The notes below the pieces were generated by a model. It saw nothing but the letters and a program-made list of their open reading frames with translations, was not told where the DNA came from and made no database searches. Of a DNA stretch of 64,000 nucleotides, positions 49,661 through 60,649 are shown piece by piece. A program made the translations under genes and the position numbers. Location: NCBI RefSeq assembly GCF_013149785.1, contig NZ_JABEZU010000001.1, positions 868,001-932,000 of the forward strand. The letters are read 5' to 3'. This DNA is from Isoptericola halotolerans. GTDB lineage: Bacteria; Actinomycetota; Actinomycetes; Actinomycetales; Cellulomonadaceae. Numbering within the stretch: position 1 is the stretch's first letter; the number at the start of each line of letters is the position of its first letter.

Positions 49661-51783
49661 GCGGACGCTCCGTTCGTCGTGCTCGGGGTGGACTGCGCCT
49701 GGATCGCCGTGATCGCGACCGTGTTGACGATGTCGGCCACCAGCGCCCCGCGGGACAGGTCGTTGACCGGCTTGTTGAGGCCCTGCAGCACCGGCCCGAC
49801 GGCGACCGCACCGGCCGAGCGCTGCACCGCCTTGTACGTGTTGTTGCCGGTGTTGAGGTCCGGGAAGATGAAGACGCTCGCCCGGCCGGCCACGGTCGAG
49901 TCCGGCAGCTTGGACGCCGCGACGGAGACGTCCACCGCGGCGTCGTACTGGATCGGCCCCTCGACGCTGAGCTCCGGGTGGCGCTCGCGCACGAGGTCGG
50001 TGGCGGCGCGCACCTTGTCGACGTCGGCACCCGAGCCGGACGTGCCCGTCGAGTAGGACAGCATGGCGATCCGGGGGTCCACCGCGAACTGCGCGGCCGT
50101 GGCCGCTGACGACGCCGCGATGTCGGCGAGCTGCTCCGCCGTCGGGTCCGGGTTGACGGCGCAGTCGCCGTAGACGAGCACACGGTCGGGCAGGCACATG
50201 AGGAAGACCGAGGACACCACGGACACCTCCGGCTTCGTCTTGATGATCTCGAACGACGGCCGGATCGTGTGCGCGGTGGTGTGGGCGGCGCCGGAGACCA
50301 TGCCGTCGGCCAGTCCCAGGTGCACCATCATCGTGCCGAAGTAGGACACGTCGGTGACGATCTCGCGGGCCCGCTCGACCGTCATGCCCTTGTGCGCCCG
50401 CAGCCGCGTGTACTCGGTGGCGAAGCGCTCGACGTGCTCCGGGTCCGTGGGGGACCGCACCACCGCGGCGGAGATGTCCAGCCCGAGCTCCGTGGCGCGC
50501 GCACGGATCGCCGTCTCGTCGCCGAGGATCACCAGGTCGGCGATGCCGCGCGCCAGGACCGTGGAGGCGGCCCGCAGGATGCGGTCGTCGCCCCCCTCGG
50601 GCAGGACCACCCGGCGGCGGTCCGCTCGCGCCCGCTCGACCAGCTCGTGCTCGAACATCAGGGGCGTCACCACCGGGGTGCGCTCGACGTCGAGCCGCGC
50701 CAGGAGCTCGTCGCCGTCGACCCGCTGCTCGAACATGGCGCGGGCGACGTCGTGCTTGCGCTGCGCGGTCGCCGTCATCGCCCCGCGGGTCCGGGCGGCG
50801 ACCCCGGCCACCTCGTAGGTGTCCATCGTGGTGGTGATGATCGGCACGTGGGGCTCCAGCGCGGCCGCGAGCTGGCCCGAGCGCCCGGACGGCCGGTACC
50901 CGCCGGTGAGGATCAGCCCTGCCAGGGAGGCGAAGCGCGGTGCGGCCTGCACGGACAGCAGCCCGAGCAGCACGTCCGTGCGGTCGCCGGGTGTGATGAC
51001 CACGGTGCCGTCGGCGAGGTGACCGAGCATGTGCTCGAACGTCATCGCCCCCACGATCACGTCGAGCGCCTCACGGGCCATGAGGTCCGGGTCCCCGAGG
51101 AGCAGGGTGCCGTCGACGGCGTCGGCGAGCTGGGCGACGGTGGGAGCCCCCAGGAACGGTTCCTCCGGGATGACCCACGTCGGCAGGCCCTGGCCGCTGA
51201 TGCCGGCACGCGCCGCCGCGGGCATGTCCGTGACGACCTCCTCGGCGCGGTTCACCACGACGGCGATCGGCTGGGCATGGCCCGCCCGCAGCTCGGTGAG
51301 GCTCAGGCGCGTCAGCGTCGTCACGTCGTCGACGCCACGGCCGCGCCCCGAGACCACCAGCAGCACGGGGGAGTCGAGGTTGGCGGCCACGCGGGCGTTG
51401 AACGCGAGCTCCGTCGCGCCCGAGACGTCCGTGTAGTCCGTGCCGAGCACGACGACGGCGTCACAGCGGGCGGCGACGGCGTGGTAGCGCGCGACGATCC
51501 GGGCGAGCGCGGCCTCCGGGTCGGCGTGCACGTCGTCGTAGGTCACTCCCACCGCGTCGGCGTAGTCGAGGTCCACGCCGTCGTGCGCGAGCATCATCTC
51601 CAGGACGTGGTCGCGCACCCCCGTCCCGCCGTCGGCCGCGGGGCGCTCCGGGACGCGCGAGACCGCTCGGAAGACCCCGACGCGCTGCACCTGGCGGACC
51701 AGGAGGTCGAGCACCCCCAGTGCGACCGTCGACTTGCCGGTGTCCCCCTCGGGGGACGCGATGTAGATGCTCCGTGTGCTCAC
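49657..51783 (-). CDS. pta: Phosphate acetyltransferase (long form with BioD-like/DRTGG domains)
   Basis: VVLPEG, SGAAHTTAHTIRP, GPIQYDAA, FPDLNTGNNTYK, PVNDLSRG. Confidence 0.97.
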   Translation of the reverse strand: MSTRSIYIASPEGDTGKSTVALGVLDLLVRQVQRVGVFRAVSRVPERPAADGGTGVRDHVLEMMLAHDGVDLDYADAVGVTYDDVHADPEAALARIVARYHAVAARCDAVVVLGTDYTDVSGATELAFNARVAANLDSPVLLVVSGRGRGVDDVTTLTRLSLTELRAGHAQPIAVVVNRAEEVVTDMPAAARAGISGQGLPTWVIPEEPFLGAPTVAQLADAVDGTLLLGDPDLMAREALDVIVGAMTFEHMLGHLADGTVVITPGDRTDVLLGLLSVQAAPRFASLAGLILTGGYRPSGRSGQLAAALEPHVPIITTTMDTYEVAGVAARTRGAMTATAQRKHDVARAMFEQRVDGDELLARLDVERTPVVTPLMFEHELVERARADRRRVVLPEGGDDRILRAASTVLARGIADLVILGDETAIRARATELGLDISAAVVRSPTDPEHVERFATEYTRLRAHKGMTVERAREIVTDVSYFGTMMVHLGLADGMVSGAAHTTAHTIRPSFEIIKTKPEVSVVSSVFLMCLPDRVLVYGDCAVNPDPTAEQLADIAASSAATAAQFAVDPRIAMLSYSTGTSGSGADVDKVRAATDLVRERHPELSVEGPIQYDAAVDVSVAASKLPDSTVAGRASVFIFPDLNTGNNTYKAVQRSAGAVAVGPVLQGLNKPVNDLSRGALVADIVNTVAITAIQAQSTPSTTNGASA

Positions 51784-51883
51784 TGCCCACCTGTTCGCTC
51801 GCGTCGGACGTCACGCCCATTCCACCGCACCGCGGCCCGTGGTGCACCGTCCCGAGAGCGTCGGGTTGGTCACTCCCGGCGGG

Positions 51884-54379
51884 TCACTCGTTGTCCCCGC
51901 CGGTCGCCGTCGCGGCGTCGTACATCGGACCGGCGGCCTCGGTGGCGGTCTGCCCGGCGTCGGGCCACACCCAGTCGCGCACCGCGGGCACGTCCTCGCC
52001 GTGCTCGCGGGTGTACTGACGGGCCGCGAGCCGCGCGTCCACCATCCGCTGGCGCAGGCCGGCGACCTTCGAGCCCAGCCCGGGGACCCGGTCGATGACG
52101 TCCAGCACCAGGTGGTACCGGTCGATGTCGTTGAGCATCGCCATGTCGAAGGGCGTGGTCGTGGTGCCCTCCTCCTTGTAACCGCGCACGTGGATGTTGC
52201 CGTGGTTCCGGCGACGGTAGGTCAGGCGGTGGATGAGCCACGGGTAGCCGTGGTAGTTGAAGATCACGGGCCGGTCCGAGGTGAACAGCCCGTCGAAGTC
52301 CTTGTCGGACAGGCCGTGCGGATGCTCGCGCTCGTCCTGCAGACGCATGAGGTCCACGACGTTGACGACCCGCACCTTGAGGTCGGGCAGCTCGTCGCGC
52401 AGGATGTGCGCGGCCGCCAGCACCTCGAGCGTCGGCACGTCGCCCGCGCAGCCCAGCACGACGTCCGGGTCCTCGCCGGGGACCTCGGTGCCGGCCCACT
52501 CCCAGATGCCCAGCCCCCGTGTGCAGTGCGCGATGGCGTCGTCCATCGGCAAGAACTGCGGACCCGGCTGCTTGCCGGCCACCACCACGTTGACGTACTG
52601 GCGGCCGCGCAGGCAGTGGTCGTAGGTGCTGAGCAGGGTGTTGGCGTCCGGCGGCAGGTACACCCGCACGATCTCGGCCTTCTTGTTGACCACGTGGTCG
52701 ATGAAGCCCGGGTCCTGGTGGGAGAACCCGTTGTGGTCCTGGCGCCACACGTGGCTCGACAGCAGGTAGTTGAGCGACGCGATCGGGCGGCGCCAGGGGA
52801 TGTGGTTGGTGACCTTCAGCCACTTCGCGTGCTGGTTGAACATCGAGTCGACGATGTGGATGAACGCCTCGTAGCTCGTGAACAGGCCGTGTCGTCCGGT
52901 GAGCAGGTAGCCCTCCAACCAGCCCTGGCACTGGTGCTCGCTGAGCATCTCCATGACGCGGCCGACGCGTGCGAGGTGCTGGTCGACGTCGGGCCCGTAG
53001 AACTCCGCGTTCCACTGCTTGTCCGTGACGTCGTAGACGGCCTGGAGCCGGTTCGACGCCGTCTCGTCCGGTCCGAAGATGCGGAAGTTGTCCGGGTTGC
53101 GCCGGATGACCTCGGTGAGCCAGGTGCCCAGCACCCGGGTCGACTCCGCGACGGCGCCACCGGGGCGCGGCACGTCCACGGCGAAGTCCCGGAAGTCGGG
53201 CATCCGCAGGTCCTTGAGCAGCAGCCCGCCGTTGGCGTGCGGGTTGGCCCCCATGCGCAGCTCGCCGTCCGGAGCCTGCGCGGCGATCTCGGGCAGCAGC
53301 CGGCCGTCGTCGTCGAAGAGCTCGTGCGGTCGGTAGGAGTGCAGCCAGTCACGCAGCACGTCCAGGTGCTCCGGGGTGTCCCTCGCGCTGGCCAGCGGCA
53401 CCTGGTGGGCGCGCCAGGAGTCCTCGGTCTTCTGACCGTCGATCTCGGGCGGGCAGGTCCAGCCCTTGGGGGTGCGGAAGACGATCATCGGCCAGGCCGG
53501 TCGCTCGTCGCTCCCCTCGGACGAGTCCCGGGCGTCTGCCTTGATGCGCGCGATGTGCTCCATGACCTCGTCGAGCAGCCGGGCGAACCGGCGGTGCACG
53601 GCGGCGTGATCCTCACCGTCGAAGCCCCCGGTGAAGAAGTACGGCGTGTGCCCGTAACCGATCATGAGGTCGCGCAGCTCGTCGTCGCTGATGCGGGCCA
53701 GCACCGTGGGGTTGGCGATCTTGTAGCCGTTGAGGTGCAGGATCGGCAGCACGACGCCGTCGGTGCGGGCGTTGACGAACTTGTTCGAGTGCCAGCTGGT
53801 GGCCAGCGGGCCGGTCTCGGCCTCGCCGTCGCCCACGACGGCCGCCACCAGCAGGTCGGGGTTGTCGAACGCCGCACCGTAGGCGTGGCTCAGCGCGTAG
53901 CCGAGCTCGCCGCCCTCGTGGATCGACCCGGGGGTCTCCGGCGCCACGTGCGACGGGATGCCGCCCGGGAACGAGAACTGCCTGAACAGCCGCCGCACCC
54001 CCTCGTCGTCCTGGGTGACGTCGCTGTAGATCTCGGAGTACGTGCCCTCGAGGTAGGTGTTGGCGACCAGGCCCGGGCCGCCGTGCCCCGGGCCCGCCAC
54101 GTAGACGGTCGACTGGTGGCGCTCGCGGATGACCCGGTTGAGGTGGGCGTACAGGAAGTTCAGGCCCGGCGTCGTCCCCCAGTGGCCGAGCAGGCGTGGC
54201 TTGACGTCGTCGCGCTCCAGGGTGCGGCGCAGCATCGGGTTGTCGAGCAGGTAGATCTGGCCGACCGAGAGGTAGTTCGCGGCGCGCCACCACTGGTCCA
54301 GGCGTTCGACGTCCGTGTCCGTCAGGTCCGCGACGCCGGTGGCGGGCCAGGTCGTGGTGTCGGGGGCCGAGGTGCTCAT
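51884..54379 (-). CDS. xfp: Xylulose-5-phosphate/fructose-6-phosphate phosphoketolase
   Basis: [59 protein letters not shown]. Confidence 0.96.
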   Translation of the reverse strand: MSTSAPDTTTWPATGVADLTDTDVERLDQWWRAANYLSVGQIYLLDNPMLRRTLERDDVKPRLLGHWGTTPGLNFLYAHLNRVIRERHQSTVYVAGPGHGGPGLVANTYLEGTYSEIYSDVTQDDEGVRRLFRQFSFPGGIPSHVAPETPGSIHEGGELGYALSHAYGAAFDNPDLLVAAVVGDGEAETGPLATSWHSNKFVNARTDGVVLPILHLNGYKIANPTVLARISDDELRDLMIGYGHTPYFFTGGFDGEDHAAVHRRFARLLDEVMEHIARIKADARDSSEGSDERPAWPMIVFRTPKGWTCPPEIDGQKTEDSWRAHQVPLASARDTPEHLDVLRDWLHSYRPHELFDDDGRLLPEIAAQAPDGELRMGANPHANGGLLLKDLRMPDFRDFAVDVPRPGGAVAESTRVLGTWLTEVIRRNPDNFRIFGPDETASNRLQAVYDVTDKQWNAEFYGPDVDQHLARVGRVMEMLSEHQCQGWLEGYLLTGRHGLFTSYEAFIHIVDSMFNQHAKWLKVTNHIPWRRPIASLNYLLSSHVWRQDHNGFSHQDPGFIDHVVNKKAEIVRVYLPPDANTLLSTYDHCLRGRQYVNVVVAGKQPGPQFLPMDDAIAHCTRGLGIWEWAGTEVPGEDPDVVLGCAGDVPTLEVLAAAHILRDELPDLKVRVVNVVDLMRLQDEREHPHGLSDKDFDGLFTSDRPVIFNYHGYPWLIHRLTYRRRNHGNIHVRGYKEEGTTTTPFDMAMLNDIDRYHLVLDVIDRVPGLGSKVAGLRQRMVDARLAARQYTREHGEDVPAVRDWVWPDAGQTATEAAGPMYDAATATGGDNE

Positions 54380-54532
54380 CTGACGCTCCTACCGGTTCGG
54401 GGGCGATCGTGCTCGTCCTCATTCCACCGCAGTGCGGGTCCGGGCGCAGCGCGGGCGGGCACCTGGAGACCCGCGACGTGAGGTTGACCACGCGATTCCT
54501 GCTCCTGAGCAGTGCGCGGATACCGTGGTGCC

Positions 54533-55447
54533 GTGCCCGACGCCCCGCCAGCCCGCCGTTCGTTCCGGGCGGTCGCCCGCCAGCCCCGCATGATCACGAT
54601 CCTGCTGATCTTCCTCGCCGCCGCAGCGGTGTGCGGCCGGCTCGGCGTCTGGCAGATCGACCGGGCCTACGAGCGTGCCAACCTCGCGGCGGAGCAGGAG
54701 GCCGCCGAGGCCGCGGTGGCCGCACCGGTGGCGATCGGTGAGCTCCTGGCGCCCCAGGCCTCGTTCCCCGGCGAGCTCGTCGGCCGTGAGGTCGCCGTCA
54801 CCGGGACCTACGAGCCCGACGGGCAGCTGCTGGTCGCGGGACGTGCCCTCGACGGCGCCGACGGCTACCTCGTGCTCACCCCGTTGCGCGTGTCCGACGA
54901 CGGCACGGGCGGGGCGAGCTGGGCATCGCTCTCCGGCGAACCGGTGCTCCCCGTGGTGCGCGGGTGGGTCGACTCATCGACCCCCGATCCTGCCGCGCTG
55001 GAGGTGCCACCCGGCGAGGTCGCGCTGCACGGCTGGCTGCAGGCCTCCGAGTCCACCGCGCGCAGCGGTGTCGTCCCGGACAACCCGGGCGGGCCGCCGC
55101 TGACGCAGGACATCGCCTCGAGCGCCCTGGCCAACACCTGGCAGGGCCCGATCTACACGGGCTACGTGGTGCTCACCGACTCCGCACCGTTGCAGACGAC
55201 CGCCGCCGAGGGCGGCCCGGCGCCCCTGCCACGCCCGGTGCTGGAGGGCGGCGCGGACGTCAACCTGCAGAACTTCTTCTACGCGCTGCAGTGGTGGGTG
55301 TTCGGACTCTTCGCCGTGGCCCTGTGGGTGCGGCTGGTGCGCGACGAGATGGCCGGCGGGGTGCGCGAACGACGGTCCTCCCGCGACCGGGGCGGTCGCG
55401 ACGCCGACCCGGTCGGTACCGGTATCGCCGGGCTCCCCTCCTCCTGA
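54533..55447 (+). CDS. SURF1 family membrane protein
   Basis: LGVWQIDR, VLTPL, VVRGWV, YALQWWVF. Confidence 0.88.
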   Translation: MPDAPPARRSFRAVARQPRMITILLIFLAAAAVCGRLGVWQIDRAYERANLAAEQEAAEAAVAAPVAIGELLAPQASFPGELVGREVAVTGTYEPDGQLLVAGRALDGADGYLVLTPLRVSDDGTGGASWASLSGEPVLPVVRGWVDSSTPDPAALEVPPGEVALHGWLQASESTARSGVVPDNPGGPPLTQDIASSALANTWQGPIYTGYVVLTDSAPLQTTAAEGGPAPLPRPVLEGGADVNLQNFFYALQWWVFGLFAVALWVRLVRDEMAGGVRERRSSRDRGGRDADPVGTGIAGLPSS

Positions 55448-55462
55448 CCTCTCCCTGCTCAA

Positions 55463-55519
55463 CGAGCGTGCTGCAATCTTCCTCAACACCGTGCCGTGAG
55501 GGACACTCCAGCACGCTCG
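55463..55519. repeat. Family-2 palindrome, upstream copy
   Basis: cgagcgtgctg-caatcttcctca-acaccgtgccg-tgagggacactc-cagcacgctcg. Confidence 0.8.
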
Positions 55520-55577
55520 ATGCGGAGCCTGTGGGTAACGCCAGCGGCGTTCGGTCAAGCCTGCTCTGCTGTGCGGC

Positions 55578-56591
55578 ATGTCTCGACGAGCACGGCCGGT
55601 CCCCTCGCAGCTGAAGGTGCTCGCGCGCCGACAAGCCGGATTGCTGGCGATGGCACAGTGCCTCGACGCGGGCATGACGCCCCGGCAGGTCAGCCGGCGC
55701 GTCGAGTCCAAGGCGTGGGACCGGGTTGTGCGCGGGGTCTACGACACGGGTGAGCCGGTTCCGGCATCGATGTCGGAACGGCTTGATCAGCAGCGTCGCC
55801 GGAGCGCGCTCGTCGGACCGCTCTCGCAGCCCCGAGGGATCGCCGTCGGGCTGGGTGCGCTCGTGCTCCATGGCGTGCGTGGCGCCCCCATCGAGATCCC
55901 GTGGGAGGTCGCGGTCCCCCGGGCACAGCCTCGGAAGCCGGCAGGGCCTGTTCGCGTCCGGCGGATCCTGGTCCCGCAGCCGATGAACGTCCAGGGCATC
56001 CCGTGCATGTCCGTACCCCAGGCGTTGGGCCTCGCTGTCCCGACGATGCACCGGTTCGAGGCCGTCGCGATGATCGACTCGGCACGGTACCGGGGGCTCC
56101 TGTCCGATGCGGAGCTGGCGTGGGCGTGCAGCACCACTGCTGGTCGGCGTGGTGCTGCGACGAGCCGGAGCTGGTGGGCCGAGTCGGACGCCCGTGCCGA
56201 GTCGCCGGCGGAGTCGTGGGCGCGGCTGTCCTGCTCCGAGGCGGGCTGCCCTCCCGATGCTCTCCAGCTGTGGACGCTGGCCGGTGGCCGTTGGTATCGG
56301 CTCGACCTCGCATGGGTGCTGCCCGGCGGCGGACTGCTCATCGTTGAGATCGACGGTCGCGAGGTGCACGATCGGATCGAGGCGCTCTACGAGGACCGTG
56401 AGCGGCAGAACCGGCTGGTGACGCCGTGGACGATCCTGCGGCGGTACACGGGGCGCGACGCGCGGTCCGGCGTCATGGCGGCCGAGGTCTCGCTGCTGCT
56501 GAAGAGCCGCGGATGGCGGCCTCAGCCGCTCGATGTCGACGCTGCCTACGACGTCGAACGTGCTGGGTTCTTCCGAAAACGCCGTTCTTGA
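55578..56591 (+). CDS. AbiEi-like HTH + DUF559/Vsr-like PD-(D/E)XK endonuclease-domain protein (paralog 2)
   Basis: RQAGLLAMAQCLDAGM...WDRVVRGVY; AESPAESWARLSC.EAG.PP..LQL, LDLAW, VEIDGREVH, DRERQNRL; aligns by eye along its length with 392-1324. Confidence 0.82.
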   Translation: MSRRARPVPSQLKVLARRQAGLLAMAQCLDAGMTPRQVSRRVESKAWDRVVRGVYDTGEPVPASMSERLDQQRRRSALVGPLSQPRGIAVGLGALVLHGVRGAPIEIPWEVAVPRAQPRKPAGPVRVRRILVPQPMNVQGIPCMSVPQALGLAVPTMHRFEAVAMIDSARYRGLLSDAELAWACSTTAGRRGAATSRSWWAESDARAESPAESWARLSCSEAGCPPDALQLWTLAGGRWYRLDLAWVLPGGGLLIVEIDGREVHDRIEALYEDRERQNRLVTPWTILRRYTGRDARSGVMAAEVSLLLKSRGWRPQPLDVDAAYDVERAGFFRKRRS

Positions 56592-56614
56592 GGAAGAACC
56601 CAGCACGCTCGACG
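56552..56614. repeat. Family-2 palindrome, downstream copy (overlaps the gene's 3' end)
   Basis: cgtcgaacgtgctgggttcttcc-N17-ggaagaacccagcacgctcgacg; colinear without gaps with the upstream copy. Confidence 0.88.
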
Positions 56615-56633
56615 CGCAACGCGGGGCGGGCGC

Positions 56634-58406
56634 CTACTCGTGCTGCCAGGACCGCCACAGCCGGGCGTACTCGCCGTCGGCGGCCACGAGGTCGTCGTGC
56701 GGCCCGATCTCGGTGATCCGCCCACCGTCCACGACGGCGACCCGGTCGGCGTCGTGGGCGGTGTGCAGCCGGTGCGCGATCGCCACGACCGTGCGCCCGG
56801 TGAGCACGGCGTTGAGCGAACGCTCCAGGTGCCGTGCCGCGCGGGGGTCCAGCAGGGACGTCGCCTCGTCGAGCACCAGCGTGTGGGGGTCGAGCAGCAC
56901 CAGCCGGGCGAGCGCCACCTGCTGCGCCTGCGCGGGCGTCAACGGGTGCCCGCCCGAGCCCACCTCCGTGTCCAGCCCGGACGGCAGCGTGTCCGCCCAC
57001 TCGCGGGCGTCCACCGCCGCCAGGGCCTCCCGCAGCGCGTCGTCGCCGGCGGTGGTGTCCGCCAGCCGGAGGTTCTCGGCGAGCGACCCGACGAACACGT
57101 GGTGCTCCTGGGTGACCAGGGCCACCTGGCCGCGCAGCTCCTCCAGCGGGAGGTCGACCAGCGGCACCCCGCCCACCGTCACGGACCCTCCGGTCGGCGG
57201 GTGGATCCCGGCCAGCATCCGCCCGAGCGTCGACTTCCCGGCCCCGGACGGCCCGACGACGGCGAGCCGTTCCCCGGGGGACAGATCCACCGAGATGCCG
57301 TGCAGCACGTCGTGGCCCTCGCGGTAGGCGTAGCGCACCTCGTGGGCACGCACCTCGTCCGACGTCGGGACCTCGCCCGACGCGACCCGGTCCGGCCCCA
57401 CGAGCCCCACGCCGACCACGCGCGCCAGCGCCACGGCGGCGACCTGCAGCTCGTCGAGCCAGAACACCAGGTCGAACACCGGTCCGCCCATCTGGTGGGC
57501 GTACAGGGCGATCGTGGCGACGGCTCCCACCGTCGCCAGGTCCTGGGAGACCAGCCACGCACCCCAGACGATCGCCGCGATGGGTGCGAGCGCCACGGCC
57601 GAGTCGAGGGCGGGGATGAGCCGGAGGCGCAGCCCGAGCGTGTAGCTCTCCGCGCCGAACGCCTCGGACAGGTTGCCGCGCAGCCGACGGCGCAGCCGGG
57701 GACCGAGGGCCAGCGCGTCGGTGGTGCGCGCACCCTCGACCGCCTCGGTGATCGTGCCGTTGATCGTCGCGTAGGCGGCGGACTCGCGCAGGTAACCGGG
57801 GGTGGCGCGCTTCAGGTACCAGCGCACGGCGACGACGATGATCGGCACCCCGACGAGCAGCCCGAGGGCCACCAGCGGGTCGGTGAGGAACGAGGCCACG
57901 AGGGTCAGCCCGATCGTCACCACGCACACCAGCACCCGGGGCACCCCGAAGCGGACCGCGTGCTGCAGCTTGTTGACGTCGTTGGTGGTCCGCGCGACGA
58001 GGTCGCCGGTGCCGGCCTTCTCCACGGTGGACAGCGGCAGCCGGGTGGCGGTGTCCATGAACTCCTCGCGCAGTTCGGCGAAGACACGCTCGCCGAAGAC
58101 CATCGACAGCCGCTGGGCGAACCGGGTCACCACGGCCTGCACGACGACGGCACCGACCAGTACCAGCGCGAGCTGGTTGACGCGGGCGAGGGTGGTGCCG
58201 GCGGAGACCTCGTCGATGAACCGACCCAGCAGGAACGGCCCGGCCAGACCGGCGACCGCCGCCACCGCGTGCAGCACGGCGATGCCGCCGAGCTGCACGC
58301 GGTGATGGCGGAACAGCCGCCCGACGGTCCGCCTGACCTCGTGACGGTCGGCGATCGGGAGCTGGTTCTGCGCGGCCGACGACGGCGCGGCGGTGGTGGC
58401 ACTCAT
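56634..58406 (-). CDS. ABC exporter, fused permease/ATPase
   Basis: TM domain, GPSGAGKST, QQVALARL, LDEATS, IAHRL. Confidence 0.92.
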   Translation of the reverse strand: MSATTAAPSSAAQNQLPIADRHEVRRTVGRLFRHHRVQLGGIAVLHAVAAVAGLAGPFLLGRFIDEVSAGTTLARVNQLALVLVGAVVVQAVVTRFAQRLSMVFGERVFAELREEFMDTATRLPLSTVEKAGTGDLVARTTNDVNKLQHAVRFGVPRVLVCVVTIGLTLVASFLTDPLVALGLLVGVPIIVVAVRWYLKRATPGYLRESAAYATINGTITEAVEGARTTDALALGPRLRRRLRGNLSEAFGAESYTLGLRLRLIPALDSAVALAPIAAIVWGAWLVSQDLATVGAVATIALYAHQMGGPVFDLVFWLDELQVAAVALARVVGVGLVGPDRVASGEVPTSDEVRAHEVRYAYREGHDVLHGISVDLSPGERLAVVGPSGAGKSTLGRMLAGIHPPTGGSVTVGGVPLVDLPLEELRGQVALVTQEHHVFVGSLAENLRLADTTAGDDALREALAAVDAREWADTLPSGLDTEVGSGGHPLTPAQAQQVALARLVLLDPHTLVLDEATSLLDPRAARHLERSLNAVLTGRTVVAIAHRLHTAHDADRVAVVDGGRITEIGPHDDLVAADGEYARLWRSWQHE

Positions 58407-60187
58407 CGTGCGGCTCCTTCCAGAGAGGGGTCGTCCGACGTCTCGGTGCCGGGTTCGGCCATGGACCGGCCGACGACGTCGCGGTAGCGGGCGCCGTCGT
58501 CGTCGGTCCGGGCGAGCAGCTCGCCGTGCCTGCCGTGGGCGACCACACGCCCGTCGGTGCTCAGCAGCTGCACCTCGTCGACGTGGTCGAGGACGAGCGG
58601 GCTCGCGGTGACCACGAGGGTGGTCCTGCCGCGGCGGACCGCGGCGACCCGCTCGGCGATGCGGGCCTCGGTGTGCGCGTCCACGGCGCTGGTCGGCTCC
58701 ACGAGCACGAGGATCTCCGGGTCGGTGAGCAGGGCGCGCGCCAGGGCGACCCGCTGGCGCTGCCCGCCGGACAGCGACCGTCCCTTCTCGGGCAGCTCGC
58801 CGCGCAGGCCACCGGGCAGCGAGTCGAGGACGTCGTGGGCGTCCGCCGTGAGGATCGCCGCCGTCAGGTCCGCCTCGGTCGCCCGCCCGCGGGCGTCCAG
58901 CTCCTCGCCGAGGATCCCCGAGAACAGGTGCGGGGTCGCCTCGGAGACCACGACGCGGTGCCGCAGCGCCTCCTTGTCGAGCTCGGCGAGGCGGACCCCG
59001 CCGAGCGTCACCGGGGTGGCGGCCTCGGCGGCGTCGTCGAACCGGCCGAGCCGGGTGGCGACCTCCGCCGAGACGTCCGGGTCGGCGCACACCAGCGCGA
59101 CCACCCGCCCCGGGCGCAGGACGAGCCCGGAGGAGTGGTCCACCAGGTCGCTGCCCGACGGCGGCGCGTCGGCGGGCACGGCGGCCTGCGGCGTCGCCTC
59201 GGTCACCCGCAGCACCCCGAGGATCTTGCGGGCGGAGACGAACGCGTTGGTGGTCATCTGCAGCATCTGGGTGGCCATCTGCACCGGCCACGACAGGAAC
59301 GCGGCATAGCCGTAGAAGGTCACGAGCTCGCCGGGGGTGAGGTCGCCGCGGACGACGGCGCGTGCCCCCAGCCAGAGCACGAGGGCCACGAGCAGCCCGG
59401 GCAGCAGCACCTGCAGCCCGTCCAGGACGGACTGGACGGCCGCGACCCGCACGCCCCGGCGCCGCACCTCCTGGGACTGGCGGGCGTAACGACCCGAGAA
59501 CACCTCCTCGCCACCGATGCCGCGCAGGATGCGCAACCCGGCGACCGTGTCGGAACCCAGTGCCGTCAGCCGGCCCACCGACTCGCGGTGGGTCTGCTGG
59601 CGACGTTGCAACGGCCGGACGAGCAGGGCGAGGACCGCGGCCACCACCGGGATGCCGAGCGCCACCACGAGGCCGAGCGGCAGGCTCTGGGAGAGCAGGT
59701 ACGCCGCAGCCGCGACGTAGGCCAGCACACCTCCGGCGAACCGGCCGGACATGGCGAACATGTCCCCGGCGCGCAGCGCGTCGTTCGCCACCGCGGCCAC
59801 GACCTCACCCGTGGGGAGCTTCTTGGTCACCGCGTGGCCCGAGCGGGTGGCCTTGTCGCCGACGAGCTCGGTGAAGGAGAACGAGGCCCGCAACCAGTTC
59901 TCGACGTCGTAGGTGTGGCTGAACACCCCGGCCACGACGATGGCGACCGCGGCCACCAGCATCCCGCCGCACCAGAGCAGCAGCTCCCCGCCGAAGCCGG
60001 CACCGAGCCCCGAGTCGACCGCACCCCCCAGGAGCAGCGGAGCGGCGGCGGCGGCCAGCAGCGAGACGCTGCCCGCGGTCACGGCCTTGGCGAGCACGTC
60101 GCGCTGGCGCCACGCCTGCCAGGCGAGCAGGCGTGTCGCCGACGTCAGCGGAGGGGTGCCCGGGTCGGGCAGAGGAAGGGGGCGCAC
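58403..60187 (-). CDS. ABC exporter, fused permease/degenerate ATPase (heterodimer partner)
   Basis: TM domain, LSGGQRQRVALARAL, VEPTSAVDAHTE; Walker A not recognisable. Confidence 0.88.
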   Translation of the reverse strand: MRPLPLPDPGTPPLTSATRLLAWQAWRQRDVLAKAVTAGSVSLLAAAAAPLLLGGAVDSGLGAGFGGELLLWCGGMLVAAVAIVVAGVFSHTYDVENWLRASFSFTELVGDKATRSGHAVTKKLPTGEVVAAVANDALRAGDMFAMSGRFAGGVLAYVAAAAYLLSQSLPLGLVVALGIPVVAAVLALLVRPLQRRQQTHRESVGRLTALGSDTVAGLRILRGIGGEEVFSGRYARQSQEVRRRGVRVAAVQSVLDGLQVLLPGLLVALVLWLGARAVVRGDLTPGELVTFYGYAAFLSWPVQMATQMLQMTTNAFVSARKILGVLRVTEATPQAAVPADAPPSGSDLVDHSSGLVLRPGRVVALVCADPDVSAEVATRLGRFDDAAEAATPVTLGGVRLAELDKEALRHRVVVSEATPHLFSGILGEELDARGRATEADLTAAILTADAHDVLDSLPGGLRGELPEKGRSLSGGQRQRVALARALLTDPEILVLVEPTSAVDAHTEARIAERVAAVRRGRTTLVVTASPLVLDHVDEVQLLSTDGRVVAHGRHGELLARTDDDGARYRDVVGRSMAEPGTETSDDPSLEGAAR

Positions 60188-60253
60188 GGTCGTCCAGCCT
60201 AGGTGGGGCCACCGACGTCGGGCACCCGATTTTCCCCGCCTATCCTGGATGGC

Positions 60254-60649
60254 GTGAGCACCGAGCAGAACACTCCGACCGCCACCACCGAGCAGGCCGC
60301 GACCGCCATCCGCAAGGCGCGCGGGGCGCTGACCCGCTACCGGGTCCTGGCCTTCGTCACCGGGGTCATGCTGCTGGTGCTCTGCGTGGAGCTGATCTTC
60401 AAGTACGTGGTGCCGGTCCAGGCCGTCATCGACTACATGGGCTGGGTACCGTTCGCGCACGGGTGGATCTACGTCGTCTACCTCGTCACGGTGCTGGACC
60501 TGTGGGCCAAGATGCGCTGGGGCTACGGCCGTCTCGCCACGATGGTGTTCGCCGGCGTCGTCCCGGTGATGTCGTTCGTCCTCGAGAAGCGGGTGCACGC
60601 CGACGCCGACGCCAAGCTGACGGCGCTCGCGGAACGGTACGGGGCATGA
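60254..60649 (+). CDS. DUF3817-like small membrane protein
   Basis: RYRVLAFVTG, HGWIYVVYL, AGVVPVMSF.LE. Confidence 0.8.
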   Translation: MSTEQNTPTATTEQAATAIRKARGALTRYRVLAFVTGVMLLVLCVELIFKYVVPVQAVIDYMGWVPFAHGWIYVVYLVTVLDLWAKMRWGYGRLATMVFAGVVPVMSFVLEKRVHADADAKLTALAERYGA

